Below, piece after piece: positions 1 to 11,707 of a DNA stretch of 64,000 nt. Position 1 is the first letter of the stretch. Each line of letters opens with the position of its first letter. The stretch comes from the human T2T-CHM13v2.0 reference genome, Homo sapiens. A model generated the notes under the pieces. The model was not told the DNA's origin, made no database searches, and saw only the letters and a list, made by a program, of their open reading frames with translations. Location of the stretch: the NCBI RefSeq assembly GCF_009914755.1, contig NC_060934.1, one strand, 5' to 3'. A program made the translations under genes and the position numbers.

Positions 1-315
<315 letters not shown>

Positions 316-384
316 CTAATTCAGTAGGTACAGTAAGAGATATCAGGGGCTTTGGGGAATGGGCATAAGGTATTGTCCCTTCTT

Positions 385-540
385 AGGACAAGCTATATAA
401 TTTGTGCGACCCAGTACAGAAAAATACAGAGCCCCTTGTTAAAAAATTTAAAACTTCAAGATGTTACAGGATAGCATGAAAACAAGCTCTCACACAGTCT
501 TTTGTGACTATTCAGGGCACGTGCCCATGAAGTCAACACT
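385..540 (-). mobile_element. MER45A-like hAT DNA transposon fragment
   Basis: ataatttgtgcgacccagtaca...gagccccttgttaaaaa...gtgcccatgaagtc resembles the reverse complement of MER45A. Confidence 0.55.
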
Positions 541-906
541 ATTGCTCCTTAATGCTAACCCAAAGATCTCAGAAACAACTCATCATGGAGCCACACTCAT
601 TCGAGCATTTAAGCATTTAAGCACTTAAAAATCAATATAGAGAACCACTCAATACCTAGTGCTTTACTGTCTTATTTTTAGGATAAAGGGGAATAGAGCA
701 TATGGCGGCTCACAGTGCAGAAGACTATCAACTCAGAATGCCTAAGTTCAAATCCCACCTCTACCCCTACCAGATGTGTGTTATCTGCAGGTGACCTCAC
801 CTCTCTAGATTCACTTTCCTCATCTACAAAATGGGCATATTACTCACCTCGTAGGTTATTAATAGATGAGTTAATATGTGTAAAATACTTAGAACAGTGC
901 ATAGCC

Positions 907-1219
907 AGCAGGGCATGGTGGCTCACACCTGTAATCCCAGCACTTTGGGAGGCCGAGGCAGGCAGATCACCTGAGGTCAGGAGTTCAAGACCAGCCTGGC
1001 CAACATGGTGAAACCTCGTCTCTACTAAAAATACACAAATTAGCCAGGCATGGTGGCAAGCACCTGTAATCACAGCTACTAGGGAGGCTGAGGCAGGAGA
1101 ATTGCTTGAACCCAGGAGGCAGAGATTGCAGTGAGTGGACATTGTGCACTGTACTCCAGCCTGGGTGACAAGAGCAAAACTATGCCTCAAAAAAACAAAA
1201 CAAAACAAACAAAAAAAAA
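907..1219 (+). mobile_element. AluS inserted into the 3' end of a MIR (MIR ~700-900)
   Basis: Full Alu; TSD acagtgcatagcc on both sides. Confidence 0.92.
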
Positions 1220-1680
1220 CAGTGCATAGCCCATTTTACTACAAAAGACATACTAGGTATTATCTGGAAACAATCTTCACAGGCAATTAACCTAAAAGGC
1301 CAGCTTCAGCTTCTAAAAGTTATTGTTTGATAATTCAATTCTACATGTATTTACTAAACACCTACTCAGCAACTTCCCCACACCAATGTCTCCTCTTCCT
1401 TTAGTATTATTCTCTCTTTACTAGCTACTTCTGCTTCTTTGACAGAAAAAAATAAATAAAACTCACTTGACATTAGCCTTTTCGGTACTACTATCTGGCT
1501 AAGAGGAATAGGAATGCCTAGTTTTTGAGAAATATTTTCAAGAAATTTAGAAAAAGCAAAAGATTTTGGCTAACAGTGAAAAAATAATATAAATGACATT
1601 TGAATTTTATGCTTATTTTTAGATGCTATTCTTCCCATAACTGTTTTTGTTTTTGTTTTGCTTTTTACAATACATATTCG

Positions 1681-1985
1681 GCCAGGCGTGGTGGCTCATG
1701 CCTGTAATCCCAGCACTTTGTGGGGCCAAGGCAGGCAGATCACTTGAGGCCAGTCGTTTTGAGTTCAAGACCAGCCGGGCCAACATGGCGAAATCCCCTT
1801 TCTACTAAAAATACAAAAATTAGCTAAGTGTGGTGGCGCACACCTGTAATCCCAGCTACTTGGCTAAGGCACGAGAATCGCTTGAGCCCGCAAGGCTGAG
1901 GTTGCAGTGATGTGAGACAGCACCACTGCACTCCAGCCTGGGCAACAGAGTGGGACTCTGTCTCAAAAATAAATAAATAAATAAT
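1681..1985 (+). mobile_element. Alu
   Basis: ggccaggcgtggtggctca start, (AAAT)n tail. Confidence 0.92.
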
Positions 1986-3887
1986 AGGTATTTAATAATG
2001 GGTAACCAAGTAAGAGCAGTTCAATATAGACATGAAGTAATATGGATTCTAAATTTTTTGTCTAGCAACCATCTCATATATACCATATTATCTTTCGTGG
2101 CAGTCAACAAAAACCTTTTATCAAATATCTTATATGCAATTACTAGAATAAAAAACTGAAATAGTCCTAGCAATAAAACTGCATTGAAATTACACTTTTA
2201 ATTTGTAAATTATTCTAAAGCCTTTATATACACCCAATTTGTAAAATCTTAATGGTTTCCCTAATCACAGCACTGTAAGTCACAAGATTACAAGATTAAA
2301 AAGTAGAATACAGTACACTTTTGAGCTTATATGCCTGTATCACGGAACTACACATTGAGAGTTCTGAGTTTCATATGGTAACTTTTCCTAAGTGTTTTTT
2401 TAATTGGAAATATATTAGTAATAATATCATTAAACAGAAGGATGGATGCCCACTGAAAATTTAAAAATACTCAAAGACCCAAATCTATACATGGTCCCTG
2501 TATACTATGTGAAACAATAGCAGTTCTTAAACTTTGAGACAGCTTATCTGATGAAAGAACACAAAAGGAAATCGTTTTAAGCTGTTTAACCTCCCAACAA
2601 AATTATCTTAGGTGAAACACCACAAGTACAGTACAAAAACATGTCACCAATTCGAGATTTGTGTCTCTAAAGAAATACATACCTACACAGGTAAGAAGTT
2701 TCTGGCTGTGACCGAAGGTAGAACAGTCAAAAGTTTAGAGCTTTTATTAGCTAAAATAAGATCCCAGCTAGCCAAGGATCCAGCGAAAAGTTTTGTTGAT
2801 TACAAATAAAATCGGATCCATTAAATAGGTAAGGACGACTGCTTCATTTCCTCACTTACCAGAAATGACATAAGACTCCCTCAGATCGTTCTGATTTAGT
2901 ACAAACACAGTCTCTCATAGAAACTCCTATCATTAATGGTAAAGGTATAAAAAACAATTACTCGTCAAGCAAACTCTCAATTTACCTGACCTTCCTGCCT
3001 TGCTCAAGTCTACCACTCTGAAAACCACAGTTACAGCCCTAAGTGAAAGCCATTTGAAGAGTCGTTCACATGCACGTTTTGATGTGAGAATACCAATTAA
3101 ACAAACTGCCAATCACCTTTAGGCCAAATGCAAAAGGGACTGTTTCTGGCCCTGACCTGAAGACTGGGAAACGTCAAGACCCTTTACTGTCAGAAGCTGC
3201 CTTAGTTAGAGACTATCGGGATGGGGGTCTCACTTAGGGGCTGGAAGGTGAGGAGAAAGTTACAAGAAAGGCCTAGGAATTGAACGCGTGTAGGTTGGGT
3301 GCACTTACAAGTAAGTATAAACTGCTCTTCAATTCAAGTTTATTAATGCTGCCCCACCCCAGGGTTTTAATCCGGTCTGGGCAGAAGCGGGCGATAAAAG
3401 CCAAAGGAGACCATAAAGTGTAGGATATTTCCTGGTTAGTGGCTGCCGGGTAATCACGATGCATCCATCTTCCTCGGCGTCGCAGCCCTCAGTAGCCAGA
3501 AGGCAGTCTCCTTCCCTGGGGGGCAAAAGCCCCGAGCCCAGCCTGCCCGTTGCCCCGCTCCCGCGGTGGATGAACCTCAACCCTTCCCAGGCTCCTTCCT
3601 GGCCCCAGGGTCCCAGGACCCCCGAGACCCTGGGGTGCGGCGCCACTGAGGCCCAGACCGGGGGAAGGAGACCCTGTCACTCGGGAGCGGAGCCCTGTCC
3701 CGGGAGCGCACGGAAATGCCTCCTCCACGCTCCCAAGGTTCCTGCTCCGCCAGGCCCAACCGGAAGGAGTCCTCGGGCCGCAGTGGGGCACCACCGGGCC
3801 GCCGGGCCCTCCAGGCTGCGTGGGGCCTGCCTCAGTGGGCAACTGGGGAGCTAGCCCGGGGCGGCCGCGCCGGCCGGGGCGCCTCAC

Positions 3888-3989
3888 CGTGTGTTCGTGC
3901 TCGTCCGCCCGGGTCCGGGGCAGCAGCAGCAGCAGCAGCCACAGCGCGGCGGCCGCCGCCACGCCAAGAGCGCCAGGCAGCGGCCTCAT
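3888..3989 (-). CDS. TM9SF3: TM9SF3 coding exon 1 (signal peptide [28 protein letters not shown] + DEHEHT)
   Basis: ATG at 3989 in GGAGGATGA context; 34 codons matching the TM9SF3 N-terminus; donor ACG|GTGAGG at 3888/3887 (phase 0); inside CpG island. Confidence 0.96.
3921..3938 (-). repeat. (CTG)6 coding repeat, Leu run of the TM9SF3 signal peptide
   Basis: cagcagcagcagcagcag on + strand. Confidence 0.9.
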
Positions 3990-4026
3990 CCTCCGCGCCC
4001 CTCCGGCCCGGAGCCGGCTCACCGAC

Positions 4027-4070
4027 TCCTCCTCCCGCCGCCGCCTCCTCCGCCGCCGCCGCCTCCGCCG
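4027..4070 (-). repeat. Interrupted GGC/GGA trinucleotide tract in TM9SF3 5' leader
   Basis: ccgccgccgcctcctccgccgccgccgcctccgccg on + strand. Confidence 0.85.
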
Positions 4071-5269
4071 CGGCCGATTCGCATCCACGGGGCGCGGACA
4101 GACGCACGGGGCCCGGCCCAGCCGCTGCCTCCTCTGCCGCCGCCGTCGCCGTCACCGCCCGCTCCTGAGCCTCCCCCGCCCCCCGCGCCTCCTCAGCCTC
4201 TTCCTCTGACTCAGCCACGTCATCCGGCCACCCCGGCACGCGCCGGAAGTGCCTCGCGACGCGGGGCCGCCACCGCCGCCGGGCCGAGGGAGGGCCCGGC
4301 AACCGCCGCCTGCGCGCCGGCTGCCCCTCGGCTCCTGGGAGCCGCGGCGCTACGGGCCTGCCGAGCACTCGGGCGGGCGCCGAGCAGGCTGGGCCCCGGC
4401 GCAGTGGCCTAGCCTGGACCGCAAGGCCGAAGCCGCCTCCGGGCCGCGTCCCGGTGTTTCGGGTTGTGTAACCTTGGCCAAAATGCTTAAGCTTTTTTCC
4501 TGGCTGCCAAATGGGGCCGATCGTCTGACCTGCTGCCTCCGGAACTTGAGGGATCAGATCAAATAACCCTTTCCTGGCGCTCGTCTGCCGCTGTGAATGA
4601 ATCACGGGCTCCTGTAATCACCGTTAGGAGAGATTGTTAAACTCGTACAGGGTTGGATGTTTTAAAGTTACTGAATATTTACTGGACCCCTACTGTTCAA
4701 TCAAGACATGCTAAGTTAGCTTGCCATTCTTGTTCATTTATGTGTTTACTTAACTATTTCTGGGTCTCCTCTTCCCAGTCATAAATATCTCTTGGAGTGT
4801 AAGCTCCTCGGAGCAGAGATCCTGTTTCCGTATTTCCTGTACCTAGAACAGTGCCAGATCCGTAGTAGACACTGAAACAAAAAATCTTTAAAAAAAAAAA
4901 TATATACGAATGTGGCACCACCATTTACACAGGCCACTAAGCCAAAAATCTCGAACTTGTCAGATTGTCTCTTCTCAGCCATCAGCAGTCAACAAGTTCT
5001 AGCATTTGGTCTCTTAAAAGTGGTTCAAGAGTTTATTTTTCCTCTCCTTCCTCTGCCAGTACCAACCAGTCTTCCGTATCACTATGTATTGCAAGAGTCT
5101 CACAAGAAGATATCCATCACTGACTGATCTTCCTCCCGTTTAACATCCCCAACAGGTGCCAGGGTGATGTTTTTTTTATTCTAAAAAGAAACCAGATTAT
5201 ATCGCTCACTCCCTTGCTTAAAACAGTTCTTCAATGTTAGGTAAATAAATCATGGAGTCACCACGAGGG

Positions 5270-5440
5270 CGTTCATCTGCCAGGCACTATTCTGAACGAT
5301 ATTGGCTCATTAAATTCTCACAGAAACCCTATGCAGCAGGTACGGTGAAAATGTTCCTGTTACAGATGAGGTAACTGAAGCACAGAGAGTTTGAGTGGCT
5401 TGCTGAAACACCAGACCCACTCAGTCTGGCTCCATAATAG
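5270..5440 (-). mobile_element. MIR
   Basis: MIR core ttacagatgaggtaactgaagcacagagag. Confidence 0.7.
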
Positions 5441-5879
5441 GTCTTTTTGCTGGTAATGATTTACCAACTATACAGCCACTTTAAAAAAAGGAAATAGGTA
5501 AGTACTGGCATGGAATGATAACCAAGAGGTTCTGTTAAATTTTCAAGTTGAAGAAAATAAGAGTTTAACTTCATTTTATATGGCAATATGTTAGTCTGCC
5601 CATAGAAAACAATCTGAAAGATTATAACAAACTATTATCAGTGGTTAACTTTCTACTTTGTACATGCCTATAAATGTTTGGTTATTTTTTACAGTGAGCA
5701 TGTGCTAACTATGTAATCAGAAAAAAAGTTCCCTGCTAAAGGATAAAGTCCAAATTTTTGCCTATTTTATCCCTAATTTATTTCCCTAACTTTACCTTCC
5801 ACCAATTTCTATGCTCTGCATTCACCCGTATATATTTTTACACCTCTGTGCCTTTGCTCTTTATACTCCCTTTATCTGG

Positions 5880-6170
5880 CATGCTCTGCTTCACCTTGTG
5901 CCTTAGATATTATCCTTTCAGACCTAGCTGATGATCACCTCCTCAGTGAAACCTTGCATGATCCCTTGAGAAATGGAGCATTCCTTCTTTGGGATTTCAA
6001 TAGCATTTGGCGTGTTGTGTTGTAATTATCTATTCACATTTCCTCTTCTACACTGCATTCGGACCTTTTTGATTGCAGGGACTATGATTTGTTTGTCTTT
6101 ATATCTGTCCCAGCTGCTGAGATAGTGCTTGTCACATCATAGGTATTCAACTCTTTGCTGAATGAATGAA
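5880..6170. mobile_element. L2 3' fragment
   Basis: ...gtcacatcataggtattcaactctttgctgaatgaatgaa, typical L2 terminus. Confidence 0.6.
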
Positions 6171-7343
6171 GACATTAACAAGTGAAAAGTCAAATAGCAT
6201 AGCAAGATTTGAAGAATGCTTTCTAGATAGTGTAAGAAACATCACAAAGCAGTACATGATTAATTGCTGAATGAATCATACACCAGTAATTGCTGTAGAA
6301 ATCAGAGGAGGCATCTTATACATCTTTGTATATCCTCCCGAGCACCTAGCAGGGTGACTTGCTCATAGTGAAAGCTCAGTCAATTCTGTGAATGAATAAT
6401 CACTGCTCTTGAATGAAGTGATGATGTGCAATTGAAGAACAAGCCGTGTAAGTGCTACATTAAGATGGATGTGTAGTTTCTTAAGTATCCATCACCACCC
6501 TCCACAGATTTGAGGTAGTATGCATGTGGCGGGTGTTTTGGGGAGGACTGGGTTGGCAAATGCTTGGAGGTAGGGAGGACACAAGAAAAAGTATATTCAT
6601 TTAGGGAGGATAGATTAAAACCAGGAAACTACACACACAACAAAGAACAGGCATGACAGTGTACTTTTAAAAAGGAACACAAAAGCTGGCCAACTGTGCA
6701 AATGGTCAACAGGCAGTAAAAGCAATGGGCAATGAGAGAAGTGGAAAGAAACCCTATTTCAGAGGAGTATTTGGGAAAATTTAATGGATGGAAGAGCAGG
6801 TAGAGCCATTAATTCAACGATTATTTATTAAGCCTCTACTATGTACCAGGCACTCTGGTAGGTACTAGGGGAATTATGCTGATAAATGGCATTAGGTGAT
6901 ACAAGTCTGACAGCAGTAGGTGTGGAAAGAAGGAAAGGGAGATAAAGTAACTGATTAGAGTAAAAGAAGTGTGGCTTCAAAGATCCTAGGTGCCTGATGA
7001 CCTCAACAGGACAAAACAGGGCTCAGGTCACCATCAAAATTAGGGTTGTTTCACTAAACTGGGGAGTGAAAAACATTAACATACCTTATTTCACCACTTA
7101 TTTCATCTGGGTGAATGACCTCATTCCCTGACACCAAAAAGGATGGCAGCGGTGGGGAGAAAATGCCGGTGAAAGGCATTTCCCACCTCCCCCAGTGGCT
7201 ATACAGCCTCTTTTCTATGGTAGCTCTAATAAGACTCCATTTTGGTTAAAGAGCTTATGACCAGCAAGCAATCCAGAAAACCAAAATGTCAGTCTTTTAT
7301 TTTCATTCTGGGTAAACATGATCATCAAAACTATTAGGTATGG

Positions 7344-7653
7344 GGGCTAGGCACAGTGGCTCACCCCTGTAATCCCAGTACTTTGGGAGGCCGAGGTGGG
7401 CAGACTGCTTGAGCTCAGGAGTTCAAGACCAACCTGGACAACAGAGTGACACCTCTGTCTCTTCAAAAAATACAAAAAAAAAAAAGTATCTGGGCATGCT
7501 GGCACGTGCCTGTGGTCCCAGCTCCTCAGGAGGCTGAGGTAGGAAGATGGCTTGAACCTGGGAGGTGGAGGTTGCAGTGAGCTGATTGTGCCACTGCACT
7601 CCAGCCTGGGTGACAGAGCCAGACCCTGTCTCAAAAAAAAAAAAAAAAAAAAA
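7344..7653 (+). mobile_element. AluJ-type
   Basis: Full Alu; TSD tattagg(g)tatgg. Confidence 0.9.
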
Positions 7654-8364
7654 GTATTAGGGTATGGATTGACCACATATCTTCTGATTTCTATCATCAG
7701 CTACTTTTTCTTTGAAATTCTATTTCTTCCTTCTACTTTGTTATGTTTGTCTTGCCAGTTATGTACTTCAGCAGGGTGGGCGACAGTTCGTCTATTGCTA
7801 TTTGCCATTTTCCACCTCCACCGTTTCTGTTCTGGCTGTAATGTTCTAGACACAGATCTTCATGATTGCTCTGAGTTCTTTCTTTAGGAAGCCATTACTG
7901 AGAACATTTAGTTCTTGGACTGAAGAGCAACTAAGGCCATTAGTTTCTTTGTGTGGTTCCTCTTTCACTGTCTCTCAGTTTTTTAACTGATATAACAGTG
8001 AGACAGAGCAAGGAACAGCAGGTGCCACATAATAAAAAGAGCCTTGCCAATTAGGTGGTGATGCCACTAAGGCTGTCTCCCTGCTTCTTCCGACAAAGCG
8101 ATTCCACACCCTCTTTCTGAGACTTAGACTTAACAGAGTTGAAGAGACCTAGACTGTTACCAAAGACACAACTCTCCACTTCGTAGGTGATGAAACATAG
8201 AACAAGGTAGTCAAGTTATGTGAACTCGTCAAGTAAGTAGCACACCAAAATAAAAGACCAGGTTTCCTGGCTTCCGAAACAATCTCTTCCCTATACCATG
8301 CTAACTCTTACTGCAGAGATAGCAAAGACATTTTATCCTAAATGGGCTTTGGCGACTAGCCTAA

Positions 8365-8903
8365 ATATTAAATTTGAACTCAATTGAACATGGACACAAA
8401 CGATGGTCACCAAGTCCCAGAACGGATTGTGTGAGCTCTTTGAGGCGTTCATCCAGCGTTGTTTCGGAGAAATCTCTATTTCAATCTATTCCTATACATT
8501 AGTTATTGAAAAACAATAGACAACCGCAAAAACAAGTTGACCTTTTTGTGTTCCTTGATCCTGGTCACAAAGGGCCCTCGTGACTGGACCTCATGCCAAA
8601 CAACTCGTTACAAAAAGAGCTAGGGTTCCAGACTGCGCCGAAGCTTCATGAGACCTCTCCTTGTCTGCATGGACGAGTGGCCAACTCTGGAGCCCAGGCT
8701 GTTGCTTCCCAGTCTGGTGGTGAATCCTCCATAGTCTGGTGAGTGTAAATACATATATATATCTTTTCCCTTCTCCCTTCCCATTGCAATTTGCTTATTA
8801 TATCATTTGCTTATATCTGCACTGCCATTTGGGATAAAGCTTGTTTACCCTTAAAGGTATTGTGTGTGTGTCTCCTCCCCGCGCGCATTTCCCACACAGA
8901 ACA
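8365..8903 (+). mobile_element. Solo ERV LTR (family uncertain)
   Basis: ~540-bp CpG-retaining block ending ...cagaaca, flanked by cctaa direct repeats (8360-8364, 8904-8908). Confidence 0.65.
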
Positions 8904-9535
8904 CCTAAGAACCTATTTTTTATGATTTTTACGAGAAATGAATTCCAAGTTGTGCCTCAGAATTCAGAATATATCTTTCAACCTCCTACTCATCCCCTCA
9001 CCACCCTGGTGAACACAGTGTCTGGCCAGCAGGAATGAATGAAGAAGACTATTTTATGTTCTTAATAACTTGCTTGGAAATGAACAGAGCACAATTTATC
9101 AAACCAAAGCAAATATTTATACAGGCAGATCCCTTAAAATTGAGGATTAATGCTTAGGAAGAATTTTTTAGAATTTTCCAAATTAACCACTTGTCTTTCT
9201 CAGAAATAAATCTGTTACTGATGCTTCCTCCACCAACCAGCTGCAAAACCACACACTATTCTTTGAAGGAGGAACACAGAAAACCAACTTACTTCCTGGG
9301 GCATTTGGGAGAGGAATCTAAAAATCCTAGTGATATGGCAATGACTAGAACCTTTTTTTTTTTTGTAACAACAAAGCTAAAAGGGGATGTGTAACTTAGC
9401 TTGACTTGTAAAAATATTCGTAGAAGTCATCTATATTTTACCACTTTGTGTAACTAAGGCAGAGCATTAGAGATTATTCACATCATTAAATATGTCCAGT
9501 TAAATTATTAGATTACAACACCAACCTCTTGTTCA

Positions 9536-9862
<327 letters not shown>

Positions 9863-10487
9863 TCAGTCTTCATACTTTGTTGCTTAGTTGGATTATCTGC
9901 TCCTAGGTTTTAATATAAGATGAAATAAAAGTGCTGGCCTAGGAATTGGAGGCCAATTTACCTTAGGGGCAAAGGCAATGGTGGTGAATATACCCAACAG
10001 CTTCACTTTCTATGGAGCCAGCTTGTAAAATCTTGGGCAAGGATGGTGGCAGCAGAGCTGTCTGCCTAAGCATCATGTAGAAAATTTTTTAATGGTTTCT
10101 TTGGACCCTAGCTTGCAGTGTCATTTCTGCTTCTCATTGTATTGGAAATCCATGGTTTTGTTACATAATGTACTCCTAAAAATGTATACACATGTGTTGA
10201 GTATGTGGAAGTTGAATATATTTATGTTATAAATGAGCAGTTCTGTTTCTGGAAAATGAAAATTTTCACCTCATCACTACAGACATTCTTTGATAACACA
10301 GTCCCAGTGTTTCATCCAGATTATTTCATTTTCTTCTTTTACATATAACCAACCATTTTGGATGTTAAAGGAACAACCAGTGAGGGCTTAAGATCTGCTG
10401 CTTTTGACTTGGCACTCCTGATCAGTTCCATCCGTGTCTCAAGTGTATCACATTCACGAGACAAGGCTTCTCATCAGCAATTTCAAT

Positions 10488-10493
10488 TTTATG
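10488..10493 (-). terminator. Candidate non-canonical poly(A) signal CATAAA
   Basis: tttatg on + strand; upstream TGTA elements; downstream TCTCGTGAATGTG. Confidence 0.45.
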
Positions 10494-11377
10494 TTTTCTA
10501 CTTATTTTTATATAAGAATACAATGCAACAAAATATTCATATATTGCACAAACAGTGATGTGCATACAAAGATGCTAACAACATTGGCTGGTAATAGGCT
10601 TTACCATGTTATGATCTAAATGCTTGTTCATCAGAGAATGTACAAAATTCTAAGTTTGGCATCCAAAAGGGGGCTTACAGTTATTGAATATTTTTCCCAG
10701 CCCTATTTTAAATCAAATTCAAGTTTGCCTATGACAAAGACTGTCTATAAGTAACAGGGCAAGCATACCAACATCAAAATTATTCTTCTTCTTATCTCAC
10801 GTGCCCCTATTTCTCCCAAATAAGTGACAAGGAGAGTAAAAGGATCACTGAGGGAACATTTGAAGAATGCTACTAAGTGCCAGGTCCTGTACAAGGTAAT
10901 TAATTACTACAAACACTCTCGTGATGGACATGGCCAATAGTGTATTTTGTCAAAAAACAAAAACAAAACCCAAGATTCCAGAAGCTGTTTCTGACAAGAA
11001 GTCCTTGTTTCAGTACTCTTCAGTATGAGTCCTTACTTGCAGGACTGAGGAATGAAATTGAGAAAGAACCTTTAATCATTAGAAAAGGACCCAATAAAAC
11101 TATACTTAAATGGATCATTAATGTGGATTTTTTTACATTCGTGTGGGATAGAGAATAATCCCATGGGAAACAAACACATTTTGAATATTTTTTAAAGAAG
11201 TATTTCTGATTCTAATTTTACTGTATGTTTAGGCATCATTAAGGACCTCTGATTTGAAGGTAGATTTATGTGCCAGGGACTCCAAATTCATGACATGTTT
11301 TAAGGCTCCATATTCCATGCAAAAATGGACTTACTGAGCATGGTGGTAATAATAAGTATGTAAAAAATAGATAACTA

Positions 11378-11707
11378 CAGTCGTACTTTGGTATCCATGG
11401 GGGATTGGTTCCAGGATCCCCCAGTATCAAAATCCACAAATGCTCAAGTCCCATATATAAAATAGCATAGTATTTGCATATAACCTATGCACATCCTCCT
11501 GTATGCTTTAAATCATTTCTAGATTTCTTATAATATCTAATACAATGCCTACACATCACTTCATTTACATGAATTCAACATACTTCTTGGCATGCAGCAA
11601 ATTCAAGTTTTGCTTTTTGAAACTTTGTAGATTTTTTTTCAAATATTTTTGATCCAAGGTTGGTTGAATCCACGGACACAGAACCCATGGATTTGAAAGG
11701 CTGACTG
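11378..11707 (+). mobile_element. MER2/MER2B (TcMar-Tigger MITE) in PIK3AP1 3'UTR
   Basis: TA|CAGTCG...ggtatccatgggggattggttccagg...gaatccacgga...CTGACTG|TA; TIRs and TA TSD. Confidence 0.85.

Larger units (their letters stand above)
3440..4610. promoter_or_regulatory. TM9SF3: CpG island / TM9SF3 promoter and 5'UTR
   Basis: Very GC- and CpG-rich stretch around exon 1; ETS CCGGAAGTG (4243-4251), TGACTCA (4207-4213), GATGACGTGGC on minus (4214-4224). Confidence 0.9.

Noticed and set aside
4252-4260. CTCGCGA resembling the BANP/ZBTB33 motif TCTCGCGAGA
   Set aside because: Both flanks mismatch, and the core is common by chance in CpG islands.
3459-4605. Several long ORFs (130-257 aa) on both strands over the CpG island
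   Set aside because: Expected from stop-codon scarcity in GC-rich DNA; low-complexity Pro/Arg/Ala products with no recognisable domain. Only the TM9SF3 exon and the uORF are supported.
11159-11168. EBF1-like palindrome TCCCATGGGA
   Set aside because: A single 10-mer in the 3'UTR with no clustered B-cell motifs; not supportable from sequence alone.
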